Assembly: GCA_951406725.2 (NCBI GenBank)
Contig: OX597826.1
Span: 36,580,001-36,644,000 of the forward strand
Source of the DNA: Octopus vulgaris
Taxonomy: Eukaryota
Reading direction: 5' to 3'
Length of the DNA stretch: 64,000 nucleotides
The translations under genes were made by a program, and so were the position numbers. Shown here piece by piece: positions 26,480-39,213 of this stretch; positions within the stretch are counted from its first letter, which is position 1, and every line of letters begins with the position of its first letter. A model generated the notes under the pieces. It saw only the letters and a list, made by a program, of their open reading frames with translations, ran no database searches and was not told the DNA's origin.

Positions 26480-26605
26480 TAATAATAGTTCAATGCAAAA
26501 TTTCTCCAAGACACCTGATGAAGGCTGGAGGGTATATCAACCAAAACGTTGTGTTAACAACAAACAAGATGAGGACAAATATCCTTCAAATGTAAATAAT
26601 GTAAA
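26385..26605 (+). mobile_element. hammerhead-family repeat, copy 3 (no head)
   Basis: (AAT)n 26385-26487 then aaatttctccaagacacctgatgaaggctggaggg...gaggacaaatatcc...aatgtaaataatgta. Confidence 0.8.
26510..26555 (+). ncRNA. minimal type I hammerhead ribozyme motif (GAAA mutated to AAAA)
   Basis: GACAC-CUGAUGA-A-GGCUG[GAGGGUAUAU]CAACC-AAAA-CGUU-GUGUU. Confidence 0.65.
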
Positions 26606-26619
26606 AAATGTACAAAGCA

Positions 26620-27105
26620 GGGAAAGGTTTCTTTATTTCAGGGATGTCTGGCAAGTAAATTGCCTGTAAATGCTTATGCATAGAGTTGAGTGCTGCAAGG
26701 CAGTGACTTGTGGGCCATCAGTGTAAAGGATGTGGAAATGTTGGAGAAAAGTAAAGCAACCATGCTCTGCTGGATATGTAATATTTATGTGCCTGAATGA
26801 AGAATAACAAGTCAACCAAGAAAAGAAATTGGGGCGAGGCGGAATAAGATATTGTGCGCAATGGAGGAGATTGCAATGGTATGGATGTGTAATGTATGTT
26901 ATGGATGTTGACTGTTGGATAAAGAATTGCCAAGATATCGAAGAGGGAAGTAGCCATAGAAGAGGGAGATTAAAGAAGATCTGGGCGGATGCATTGAAGA
27001 TAACTAAAGAAATATGACTAATGGTTAGACATGGTGTAGGAAAAGACCCAATCCATTCCATGTAGTTATGGCAAAATGGATGTAAAAATGATGACGATGA
27101 TGGTG
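26620..27105 (+). mobile_element. old RTE-clade LINE 3' end
   Basis: GIRYCAQWRRLQWYGCVM...RRGRLKKIWADAL, then tail atggatgtaaaaatgatgacgatga. Confidence 0.8.
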
Positions 27106-27281
27106 GTGGTGGTGGTGGTGGTGATGATACATCAGTCATTTAAAGCTCAATATGCATTGATATTTCTTAAATGTTTTTAATTATGCTTTCACAATAAATG
27201 TAATTATATTTTACCGTATATTCGATAAAATATTCTTTTATTATGGCTTTATTTGATTACCATTAATTCAATGCAGCCTCA

Positions 27282-27520
27282 AGGCTGTGAACTGGCAGAA
27301 TTGCCAACACATCACAAAAACAAACAGAAAAATACTTTGTGGCATTTGCTTCAGCTCTCAAAGTCCTTGAGTTCAAATCCTACCAAGATTAGTTTCGACT
27401 TTCACCCTTTTGGGGTTGATACAATAAAGTATCGGTCATGAACTAGGGTCAGGGATATTGACTCTCCCCCTCCCCCTTTTTCTCCCACCACTGCTGTCTT
27501 TGCATTCAAATGAGAAACAA
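27282..27520 (+). mobile_element. family A SINE, degenerate
   Basis: ggctgtgaactggcagaattg...gagttcaaatcc...ctttcaccctttggggttgat. Confidence 0.7.
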
Positions 27521-27794
27521 TTAAAGCAACTTTCAAACATAAAACTATACCACCACCACCCTGATTTAGACATACCAAGAGTCAGCTCCAGAAACTAGAG
27601 TGTAATGTTGAAGACATCTGCTGCCAACCATATACCCAGGTGCCTAAGGATGATATGCCAAAAAAAAGCAACATTATTAGAAGAAGAATCTATAGAAAAT
27701 AACAAGAAAGAAAAACAAGGCTATCACAATGGAACTTCTGCCTTTTTGTTACCATATTCCTCTTGCAATATGCTGCCTTTGTTTTGTTTGTCTT

Positions 27795-27935
27795 TACATT
27801 CCGAGTTCCAATACTGCAGAGGTTGACTTTGTCTTTCACGCTTTTGGGGTCGATAAATTAAGTACCAGTTGCATACTGTGGTTGTTCTAATCGACTGGGC
27901 CCATCCCCAAAATTGTGCCTAGAGTAGAAAAGAAT
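27795..27935 (+). mobile_element. family A SINE, partial
   Basis: gaggttgactttgtctttcacgcttttggggtcgataaattaagtaccagtt...gcctagagtagaaaagaat. Confidence 0.8.
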
Positions 27936-27996
27936 TCATTTAGAAAGTAATCAAGAATTTAGTAAAATAACTTGGTCATTACGAATCTAGTGTTTA

Positions 27997-28215
27997 AGGC
28001 AGGGAACTGTCAGGATTGTTAGCAGACTTGGCGAAATGCTAAGCAGCATTTCATCTGTCTTTACGTTCTGTGTTCAAATTCTGCTAAGGTCAACATTGCT
28101 GTTTATCCTTTTAGAGTCACTGAAATAAGCACCTGTTAAGCACTGTGGTTGATGTAAGCGACCAGCCATCAACTCTAAAACTTCAAGCCCAGTGCTTATT
28201 GTAGAAAGGATTATT
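27997..28215 (+). mobile_element. family A SINE
   Basis: ggcagggaactgtcaggattgttagc...ttacgttctgtgttcaaattc...gtagaaaggattatt. Confidence 0.75.
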
Positions 28216-28961
28216 TATCTGGTTTTTGAAATGTAAATTGACATGAAATATTGATGGAAGGTTTTGAATTTTGATCATGAAAATCAGAAAGCAGAATTAA
28301 AGGTAGTCACAGGCAACAAGAAATTTTAAAGAAAACGGTTCATAGATTCTGGATTCTGCAATAAAACTGAGCAATGAATAACATTAGATTTCTTTCAGAG
28401 TCTGCAAAATGGAATAAGTTGCTATGTTGGCAGAAGAGATGGATTTGAAGGTTTTGGAATGTAACTCTTCATGAAGGAAATGTTAGAATTCATATCAACT
28501 CATAACATAACCATAGAATCAAAATATCAAGAGTCAGTAGACGGTTCCTACAAGAAGTAAATGCCAAATCTACTTCAAATTACACCCTGCTGTCTTAAAA
28601 ATAAGAGCAGCTTTTAGAATACGTTAATGATCAGAAATTGAATTTTCTCAATGAGGACTGATCAAGGAATTATCAGCAAAAACGATATGAACAATATATA
28701 TATTTAGTGTTGCAGCCAAATTTCTTTTGGCACAGCATCGTCTTTTATAGCATCAAATGCACCAAATAGTTGATGAATTACTAACTGGCTTAAAACTGTG
28801 CAATGAAATCTTATAAAATCTTTTATAGTCTTATCTTCATTGCGTAATTCATGAAACTGCAGAAGAAATATCAACAACACAGTTTCTGTATTAAAAAATA
28901 TTATACAGTAGACACTTATACATACACATACATACATACATGTGTAGCATGTGTGCTTATT

Positions 28962-28993
<32 letters not shown>

Positions 28994-29121
28994 GTGTACT
29001 TACATACATACACGCATTACACACATACTTACATGCATACATATATGTGTATGTATATATATGAGCTTGTGTGTGTATGCATCGGATTGTATTCATTGAA
29101 TAAAACATTATTCACAAATTA

Positions 29122-29533
29122 GGTGCAGACGTGGCTGTGTGGTAAGAAGCTTGCTTCCGAACCATATGGTTCCAGGTTCAGTCCCACAGCGTTACACCTT
29201 GGGCAATGTCTTCTACTATAGCCTCGGGTTGACCAAAGCCATGTGAGTGGATTTGGTAGATGGAAACTGAAAGAAGCTCATCGTATATGTATATATCTAT
29301 ATATGTGTGTGTGTATGTAAGTTTGTGTATCTATGCTTGTAGTCCCACCATCACTTGACACCAGATGTTAGTGTGTTTATGTCCCTGTAACTTAGCAGTT
29401 TGGCAAAAGAGACCTGTAGAATAAGTACTAGGCTTGCAAAGAATAAATCCCGGGGGTTGATTTGTTTGTTTGCCTTTAAGGCAGTGCTCCAGCATGGCTG
29501 CAGTCAAATGATTGAATCAAATAGAAGAATAAA
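29122..29533 (+). mobile_element. full-length family C tRNA-derived SINE with CORE-like motif
   Basis: A box gtggctgtgtgg, B box ggttcagtccc, accttgggcaa motif, central (TA/TG)n, tail gtgctccagcatggctgcagtcaaatga. Confidence 0.9.
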
Positions 29534-29773
29534 TACAAACCAACACAATACTCTGTGTTTAAACATTTTATTTCCCAACCACATGGTTCTTGAGTTTTCC
29601 TCTATTAAGTGGAGCCTTGAGCAAGTGTTTTCCACTGTAGCTCTGCATTAGCTGAAAGCTTGTGAGTGGATTTGGGCAGCAGAAAGTGCAAGAAACTCTT
29701 TCTATATGTTTGTTTATTTGTGTGTATATGTGTCTGTGTGTCTGTGCCTGTGTGTACCTTTTTGCATATATAC

Positions 29774-29808
<35 letters not shown>

Positions 29809-29810
<2 letters not shown>

Positions 29811-29923
29811 ACGTGATCACGTGACCGACCAGACCATCAGATGTTGCTACACATCGCTGGTCACAATGCGTTCGCATTGTTTTAGCCTTCGAATGACGCC
29901 ACCCCGCTGGCTAAGCGAGCAGG

Positions 29924-29927
<4 letters not shown>
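29809..29927. mobile_element. GC-rich repeat fragment inserted in (TA)n, possibly a truncated SINE tail
   Basis: CpG-rich 119-bp island with sharp edges inside a pure TA tract; family not provable from this window. Confidence 0.5.
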
Positions 29928-30001
<74 letters not shown>

Positions 30002-30002
30002 T

Positions 30003-30051
<49 letters not shown>

Positions 30052-30859
30052 AGCCTTATGATTGTTATCACTCATCTTCCACATTGTCTGCAATGACTGT
30101 TTTGGCATGGTTTCTATGGCTTGGTGCTCTTCTTAATAGCACCCACTTGACAAAGTGTCCTAGGGGAGCTTTTGCCTGGCACTAACACTAGTGAGGCCAC
30201 CTAGCAACTTGCAAGACTAAGGATCAAAAGGGGCCCCTATAATTGGAGAACAATAAATGAGAGAATTTGTGATGAGGGAAGGTAAAGAGAATATAATAAA
30301 CAGATTTATAGTTGTGAGATGGTAGTAATTGAGAGAGAGAGAGAGAAAGGGAGAAAGAGAGTGAGACATGGCAATGGGAGAGAGAGACAGGAAAGGGTGA
30401 GAGAGACGAGGGAGAGAGATAGAGTTATAGTGTAGGCTGCACATCTTGGACATGTCAACAGTCACTGAAAATGGTTGTTAGATGATGTAGGGAATATGCG
30501 ACACAAAAACAAAACAAATGTATAGCTGAGCCTTAGAGATAAAGAAAATAGGACAGAAAATGGGTGTTTCTACCAAATTCCACTGACAAAGCATTGTTTA
30601 ACAATTAAGGCAGTGGAAGTAAATATCTTTGAAAGTGGGGGGCTACAAAGAAGAGGATCAACTCAGGAACTGTATGTTTCCAAAGCAAACTTGTTAATCA
30701 CATGATGGTGATTGTAACATGTCACTCTGTGATCGTAAATATATGGAATTGTTCAAGTTGGAACATCAGCAAATGATTTATAGCTTAATGTTTCCAGAAG
30801 GATTGACTCTTCATCAGAATGTCATTAGTTTAGCCACTACAAGTTTCTCATTATTAGGG

Positions 30860-31510
30860 ACCTGCCTGAAATAGCAAATTGTCTGCCTTCTCACACACTC
30901 ATGTCACATATCTAAAAAATAATTTGGAAAATGTAATATCACATGAGGGATCTGAATGCAACACTTACTGTAAACCAAAACTAACATCATCCCTTTGACC
31001 ATCCAAATTAGAAGACTTAAACTAAATTGACGAAACTACAAAAATCAGTAGCCTATCAATGGAAATCCCAGTCTGTACAGCTTCATATATATTATAAAGA
31101 TGTATGTGTTCAATAAAGATAGCAATATCATTAGTGGAATTCAAACGTCATGTCTATCTAACCACTACACCAGAGTGACATCACAAATTTAGCCATCCAA
31201 ATTAGAAGGCTTTACGTAGCTGAAACTACAAATGCCAGCAGCCTCTCAATGGGGATCTCAATCAATATAATGTCTAAGTAAGATATTATGTATAAGCCTT
31301 ATGAGAAGGAATCGGGGGGGAAAAGTTGTAACATCACCCACAGAATTCAAACACTACATCTGTCCAAAAAATATAGTTTTACTAACCATTAAACCAAAGT
31401 GACAAAATAAGTTTGTCCATCCAAATTTGAAAACTTAAGCTAAGTAGCTAAGATTACCTGCTTCCTGTAATGGTAAATTGCCTGCCTTCTCACACATACA
31501 TGTTATAGAT
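30860..31510. repeat. diverged tandem repeat with units of about 200 bp
   Basis: catccaaatt at 31000, 31194, 31418; ctgccttctcacaca at 30883 and 31482. Confidence 0.7.
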
Positions 31511-33289
31511 TAGACATATGGTTGTTTTTGTAATCTTTGATATGACTGTTACACACACACACACACACACACAAACACATACACACACATGCAAGAATTG
31601 TTGAATTACATGATTTATGTTATTTATTCTCATTATAAACTTTTTAGCAGGAAAACCACCAAATTACTATGGCACTAAATATTCTATTTGGAGTCACTGG
31701 AGGGGATTTATATTCTCTTTCTTACCTAATTTGTCTTTAACAAACAAAAATTCTAAACCTACTCCAGTATTCTATAGAAACAAAACAATAATAAATAAAT
31801 AAATGAATAAAAATGCAAAGAAACAAAGAAGTACATAAATTAATAAATAAATAAAATAAAACAAATACATGGAATTTCTTTGCATAATAAGAATCATTAT
31901 AAGATTTCTAAGGGTGATTCGTAAATAGGAAAGAAAATTAAGAGTACATTGTGTTTTGGTGTTGTGTGACATTCTTTGTTGCAATAATACAGACTTGATT
32001 CATGAAAATATATTTGCAATCATTGAACATGATTTATCACTAATTCTAGTAATTTTGTATTCAATGTGGAAGGAACGTATTGTTCCTGGGGTAGAATCTA
32101 AGATGACTCTCCTTATGGAATCCTGAAATCTATGTCAGGAGAATATAAAATCTGACTCATCCTGTAAGCTGTCACGCATTGAATTCTTATGTTCTGCATA
32201 AAACTCTGAGAAAAATATACACTAGATAAATATTCAGAATTGGAACATGGATGGTTGGCACTACTGTTATTACTATTAAGCACCATTGCCTCTTTCTTGC
32301 TTTCATTCGACATTTTAGTTCATATCTTTCAAAACAACTCACACAATGTCAAAGGTTATACATCTTGCCATAACATTTTTTAAAAAGGCATTTACCTGCA
32401 TTTGTTTGAGCATAACTGTTTAGAGTGACATTATTCACGATTCAGATCTAATTATTCCTCATACATTATTCATCATATATCATTAATTATACATTATTCA
32501 TTATTCAGAGCTAATTCACATTCGTTTATTTCGGTTTGAAATTTCATTTGCCTTTGACCGAAATCAAAAGAACAGCATGGTATTTCGCAAGAAGAAGAAA
32601 GAATATACAAAATTACCATAATAGTCAATAACATACATAAGCACTCGTGCACCCCCCCCCACACACACATATATTATGTGTATGTTTGTTTATATGTATG
32701 CTTATATGTATGTGGGTGTATGCATGTGTGAGTGCACTTGTGTATGCATATATATATATATATGCACTTACATATATTTATATGTATGTACATATATATG
32801 TATACATACACATATATATATATATATACACACACATACATATATATTTATAAATATATATACATGCACATACACATATATATTCATATATGTATGTGTT
32901 TGCATGTATGGCACATACACACACATATTTATGCATAAAACAATAATCTTTTTATTTATTCATTATTTATTCATTTAACGTCCATTTTGAAATGTTAATA
33001 TGGGTTTGAGGAATGATTTTACAAATGGCTGGAATTCCTGTCGCCAAGTCTTTCCTCTTTCTCAACCAAAGGTTTTCTTTACTCTACCGTTTCCTCAGAA
33101 GTGCAGAGCAACCCATCATAATGTTAACAAGGAATATGAACATCAGCACCACTTCACTGAAGCTGTGTCGAGTGAGTAGTACATAAGTATTGATGCACAT
33201 TTGTGTACACATCCATACATCCACACACACACACACACACACATACATAAATATATATATGTATGTGTATGCATGCAAACATGTATATG

Positions 33290-33341
<52 letters not shown>

Positions 33342-33367
33342 TATATATATATATACATATATATATA

Positions 33368-33615
33368 TGCCAGGATAATGCATGCAAGACTCAAAAGAGA
33401 TTTAAGGAAGAAAGTTATGAACAAGAAGTTGAATCACAATGATCTTTTTGTGTGCACAGTTTGTGACAGACCATGCCTTTCTTTTGCTGGGCTCAAATCT
33501 CATTTGCACACCCATGGGAAACAAACCTCCACCAACTATTCTGTTGATATCTCTGTGCACACCTTTGAATGCAATGTATACCATAAGGTCTTCAAATCTA
33601 ACGGAGGCCTTAAAA
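33368..33615 (+). pseudogene. LINE (RTE-like) ORF extreme C-terminus with C2H2-like zinc fingers
   Basis: [14 protein letters not shown]...FVCTVCDRPCLSFAGLKSHLHTH...FECNVYHKVFKSNGGLK; no start codon or splice context, begins in a microsatellite. Confidence 0.55.
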
Positions 33616-33654
33616 TGTCTTTTGAGGCCTCCGTTAGATTATTATTAAAAATGA

Positions 33655-34070
33655 TACATTCAAGAGATTCCCAAGAATTCATTAAAAAACAGTCCTAATC
33701 ACTGCTACAATCCACAACGGATCACTTTTAGGTCACTGGACCATTTATCATCCTACTACTATCATGCCACCTGCATTTCCTTATTATTCTCTCTTCTCTT
33801 TCTCCTTCTTCTTCGTCTTCTTCCTCTCCGCCACCTCCTTCCTTACTTTACTACTATTGCTGTTTAGAATAACACCTACATAAATTTTATAAACAATACA
33901 TTCAAAAGAGATGTCTTAAGAATTCAATCACTACTACCATCCACAACAAGTCACTTTCAGGGCACTTGGCCATTTAACATCCTACTACTATCATGGCACT
34001 CCTGCATTCTTTTCCTTCTCCTCCTCTTCCTCCTCCTCCTCCTCCTCCTTCTTCTTCTTCTTCATCTTCC
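33655..34070. repeat. tandem duplication of about 229 bp
   Basis: catcctactactatcatg at 33749 and 33978 with matching flanks. Confidence 0.8.
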
Positions 34071-34234
34071 TCCCTGCCAAGAATTCACAACGACCTCGAA
34101 CCCACAAGAGTAAACAAGAGAGACAGAGACAGGCCAAAACAAGGAAAATGCCACTTGTATTTGAACACTATACAAATATTCTTTAAAAAAAACTTTTCTT
34201 TTAATTTTTCCAAAATTTAATTGTTTTTCCATAC

Positions 34235-34276
34235 TTACAGTTGAAAAAGTCTCAATGACTGAAACTAGTACTGGAA
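34235..34276 (+). ncRNA. degenerate minimal hammerhead motif
   Basis: CAG-uUGAAaA-AGUC[UCAAU]GACU-GAAA-CUAG-UA-CUG; two core mismatches. Confidence 0.4.
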
Positions 34277-34365
34277 TGTTTTTTATGATAAAATTATTTT
34301 AGCATTTTCCTACCTTGACTTTTTTCCATATATATCAACCTGTGTGTTCCTTTTCAACCTTCTAC

Positions 34366-34433
<68 letters not shown>

Positions 34434-34439
<6 letters not shown>

Positions 34440-34900
34440 GGATGGAGGAAGTTCAGAGAACTACTACCTCTGTTGGCAGCAAAAGGACTCTCTCTTAGAG
34501 TGAAAAGTAGATTGTATGACGCTTGTGTGAGAACGTCTATATTACATGGTAGTGAGACATGTGTGGAGAACATGTGTAAACTGGAGAGGAATGAAGGTAG
34601 TATGCTCTGCTAGATTTGAAACATCAGTGTGCATGACTGACAAAGCATAAGGGGGATTAAATGTGTTATGAAGGAGAGGAGACTGCATTGGTTTGGACAC
34701 GTAATGTGTTTGAGTGAAGCCAGCTGTATACGGAAATTCCTGTTACTGAAAATGGATGGTCCCTGTGGAAGAGGGAGACCCAGAAAGACATGGGATGAAG
34801 TGGTGAGGACTGATCTTAGGATGTTGAGGCTTCTGGAGGAAATGACAATGGACCGAGATGTTTGGTGAAAAGAGGTTCTAGAGAAGAGCCATCCGTGAAA
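34434..34900 (+). pseudogene. RTE-clade LINE ORF C-terminal fragment
   Basis: RIGWRKFRELLPLL...RLYDACVRTSILHGSET; ERRLHWFGHVM; GRGRPRKTWDEVV. Confidence 0.9.
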
Positions 34901-35129
34901 CTGAATGCCAGAAGAGTTGTGTCCCACCCACATGTAACAACGCACTTTTCATTCACTCTACCCCAAGAAACTGAACTACACCTCCTCTTCCTCGCATTTC
35001 CTCTTCATAAAATATGATTGTTTTACAATCTCTTTTCTTGCCTTCACTGCCCAGCTCACTGTATCACTGCTTCCCCCACCGACACCCACCCCTTATTTTT
35101 CTACCCAGCTGATGTACTTGCACGTACAA

Positions 35130-35317
35130 ATGCACGTTCCCACGGCTTTATCCATCGCATTCTCACCTGGAATCGATTATTGTAATTTTTTCAAGACTTA
35201 TACATGCCCTGATACCGTCAGTATCTATGTATCAAATTTGAGTGCAATTGGATGGAGGATGCCCGAGATCCTAGAAGACACACACACACAGACAGACCGA
35301 ACGGATTTTATATAATA

Positions 35318-35320
<3 letters not shown>
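35130..35320 (+). mobile_element. possible non-autonomous Helitron/Helentron-type 3' end
   Basis: caaatttgagtgcaattgg...(CA)n gacagac...ttttatataatagat terminal architecture; recognition only. Confidence 0.4.
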
Positions 35321-35384
<64 letters not shown>

Positions 35385-35459
35385 GCATGTATGTATGTAT
35401 GTGTATATATATATATATTTGTATACATACATACATATATATATATGTATATATATATA

Positions 35460-35714
35460 TATTCTTTTATTCTTTTGCATGTTTCAGTTATTTGACTGTG
35501 GCCATGCTGGTGCACTGCCTTACAGGGTTTTAGCTGAAGAAATGAGCCCCAGGACTTATTCTTTGTAAGCTTAGTATTTATTCTATCGGTCTCTTTTGCA
35601 GAACTGCTAAACTGTGTGGATGTAAACATACCAACATCGGAGGTCAAGTGATGCTGAGGGGACAAACACAGACACAAAGACACACATACACATAAATAAA
35701 CACATGCACACATG

Positions 35715-35753
<39 letters not shown>

Positions 35754-35912
35754 GATGGGGCTTCTTTCAGTTTCCATCTACCAAATCCACTAACAAGGCT
35801 TTGATCCTCCTGAGGCTATAGTAGAAGAGACTTGCCCAAGGTGCCATGCAGTGGAACTGAACCTGAAACCACGTGGTTGGGAATCAATCATCTTACCACC
35901 CAGCCACACCTT
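35460..35912 (-). mobile_element. full-length family C SINE
   Basis: Reverse complement aligns along 29122-29533. Confidence 0.9.
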
Positions 35913-36259
35913 CACATGCATACATATTAATAGAGCAGCGACTCTTCACTGTATAGAATCATAATTCACCTGATTCAACATGCATAGTCGCATCACCAAG
36001 TTCCTAACAATAGTAAAATAATATGGCTCATAGCGTGTGACATTTCGAAAGATATAAATGTCAGATGTGAGCTTTTAGAAATTATAAATTGGGAATGGAA
36101 TCAGTTGTTCACCCATTGAAATAAGAAATGGTAGGCGCTGATTGATTCCTAGATCTACCCTAAGGACTAATCATGCTTAACGCTGAAGCATCTACAAGAA
36201 AGAAAGACAACAACAACACACCATGCACCAAAGTAATGTTTAATTATAATGCAATATAC

Positions 36260-36402
36260 ACACACATATAGGCACACGGATACATGTACGCACATATAGA
36301 CACATACACACATACACGCATACACCACACACACACACATATATATATATATACATATATATGTGTGCGTGCATGTATGTGTATATACATAGGGATATAT
36401 GT

Positions 36403-36443
<41 letters not shown>

Positions 36444-36496
36444 TATACATATATATATCTATATATATGTATATATATATATACATATATATACAT

Positions 36497-36527
<31 letters not shown>

Positions 36528-36545
36528 CACACACACACATACATA
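36260..36545. repeat. (CA)n/(TA)n compound microsatellite
   Basis: Direct reading. Confidence 0.9.
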
Positions 36546-36557
36546 GATTTGTATGTG

Positions 36558-36960
36558 TATGGCTGAGAAGTTTTAATCATAAAACCACATGGATTTAGGT
36601 TCAATCCTACAACAAGGTACCTTGTACAAATATCTTCTGCTTTAGAACAAGGTTGATTAATGTTCTGTAAGTAAACTTGTTAGACAGCAACTGTTGAAGT
36701 CTTCTCTTGAGTATGTGCATGTGTGTGTGTGTGCATGTCTGTGTGGGCATCTATGATTTTGTCTCTCACTGTATGACAACCAGTAAGTGTTGGTTTGTTT
36801 ATATCTCCATAAATTAGCATTTCAACAAAAAGAGATCGATGTAATAAGTGTCAGATTTCAAATCATTTCAGTTGGTGATTCTTTTGACAAAACCTCATCA
36901 AAGACATACCCCAATATGGCTTCAGTCTAACAAGCAAAACAAGTCAATGTATAAACGAAT
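36558..36960 (+). mobile_element. family C SINE, old
   Basis: accacatggatttaggttcaatcc...accttgtacaaatatcttctgct...aaagagatcgatgtaataagt. Confidence 0.6.
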
Positions 36961-37191
36961 AAGAAAGCATTCAATACAAAAATGTAGAATATAACATTTG
37001 CATTACACAACTGGATTGTCCTTCAAAAACATTACAACAAATAGTTTCCCCACCTCTAATTCTACTGGTAATAGTCCAAAATATATGTCTATATGTGTGT
37101 GTATATACATATATAAATACACATACAAACACACACACACACACATATATACACATATAATCAAAACATGTAATAAGGATCTCCAGAGGTA

Positions 37192-37280
37192 ATGCAGTAC
37201 GATCGTTTCATGCAACTCCACTTAATTGAACAATGCAAACATTACATCAATTTAAAATGTAGAGCAATCTTCAGCTGCAT
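37192..37280 (-). ncRNA. type I hammerhead ribozyme with intact catalytic core
   Basis: AUGCAG-CUGAAGA-[UUGCUCUAC...GUGGAGUUGCAU]-GAAA-CGAUCG-UA-CUGCAU: perfect 6-bp stem I, CUGANGA, GAAA, palindromic stem III, GUA site. Confidence 0.75.
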
Positions 37281-37428
37281 AAAAATATATAATTTAGTTA
37301 AATTCGAAGGACTCATTTGTATAATTTTCTTTTTATCCAAAATCACCAAGAATATAAATAGATAGACAAAGAACATGTTTTACCAACAACATCACAGTTG
37401 TAACTGAGATGTTTTCGAAGAAGTATAT

Positions 37429-37818
37429 ATACATATATATATGTATATATATATATATACACACACACACACCTACACTCCCACATACATACATACACAC
37501 CTACATACACACGCACACGCATACATACACACACACACACGCATACATACATACATTACATACGTACACACACACACTTACATACATTCATACCTTCATT
37601 CATACATACATACACACACACACAAACATACACAGACACACACCCATACATACATACACACATACACTATACACACACGCCTACACACATACATACACAC
37701 ACATACATACACACACACATACACACACATATACGCACATACACATGTACTTACACACATGCACACACACACACATACGCACATGCATGCATACATACAC
37801 ACACATACACGCATGCAC

Positions 37819-37849
<31 letters not shown>

Positions 37850-38940
37850 TGCATGCATACATACATACATACACACACACATACATACATACACACACAC
37901 TTCCACACATACACACATACATACATACACACACACATACACACACACATACATTCATACATACACCCATACACATACACATATACACACACACATACTT
38001 ACATACACTCATACGGACACACATACACACAGACATACACACATACACACTCACACATACATACACACACACACACCTACACACACACTCGCATGCACGC
38101 GCACACACATGCATGCGCGCGCGCACGCATACATGCACGCACACATGCCTGTGGGTTCTGGCTATATCTCGGTTTCGTGTCTGGGGCCGGCGCGTTGTGC
38201 TTGGGTTTCTCTAACGTCTGTCACCGCTGGAGTATTTTTCCATCATTCCCTCAGTTGCGAAGTGTTTCCTTGCATGCATATATATACACACACCTAAACA
38301 TATAAACACACAGATAATACCCCTACATTTTGTACACACACGCACATACATACATACATTCACTCCCACGCACTCACACACACACATTTACATATATATA
38401 TACAATACACGCACACACACTTACACACGTACAAACACACACGAACTCACATACACACCGACACATACATACACACAACATATACCTCCATGCGCATGCA
38501 CACATACACATACGTACACACATATAAGCACAGATACACACATACATACGCACACCAAAACATGCGTACACATACGCACGTACACATACATACATGCACA
38601 CACTCATACATATACGCACATATAAGCACACACACCCACCCACACATACACTTAGTTAAGCACAGTTACTCGCCATACACACAAAAAACGCACACGCACA
38701 CACACGAGACACATACAAGCACACACACATTCCTTCGTGTTTCTGACCTGTCACTCGCTAGCCTTCGCCCTCGCCCATCTATACACACATACACACACAC
38801 GCACACACTCACATATACACCCTTGTAATCTCGCACACCGCTGCTACTGCTGTTGCCCTAGCTTTCGCCCAACATATACATACATACACACACACGCACA
38901 CACTCACACACACCCTTGTAATCTCGCACACTGTTTGTTT
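37429..38940. repeat. 1.5-kb degenerate (CA/TACA)n field with GC-rich islands
   Basis: Direct reading; source of the 298-aa and 257-aa H/T/Y ORFs. Confidence 0.9.
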
Positions 38941-39213
38941 ACCTTCCTTCTTTTTCCGCTCTCTTGTCTTTGAAAACCCGCACTCTCTTGTTTACTACTT
39001 CCGCCTTTCCAGTATGTTGACCTCGTGAGACTACTTGCATTTTTTCCCTCTGTCCTCCCACCTCGGGATCTTTCTTTCTCCTATGTTTCCGACGAAGAGC
39101 TCCGCTCGAAACGTCATACCCTCCTTCTTCCCTTTTTTTCCTGAGCGCCTAATAATACTTTAATTGTTCCACCTCCATGCGTTGTTGTCTTTTTTGTTTT
39201 CTTGTTTGGATTA

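Noticed and set aside
30780-30825. Minus-strand CUGAUGA-AGAG...GAAA-CAUUA
   Set aside because: Stem II out of register and no stem I; not supportable without homologues
32113-32313. 66-aa ATG-initiated ORF in unique-looking sequence
   Set aside because: No recognisable domain or consistent splice context; length compatible with chance
37409-38305. Longest ORF (298 aa, H/T/Y-rich)
   Set aside because: Product of the degenerate (CA/TACA)n field; open in several frames on both strands
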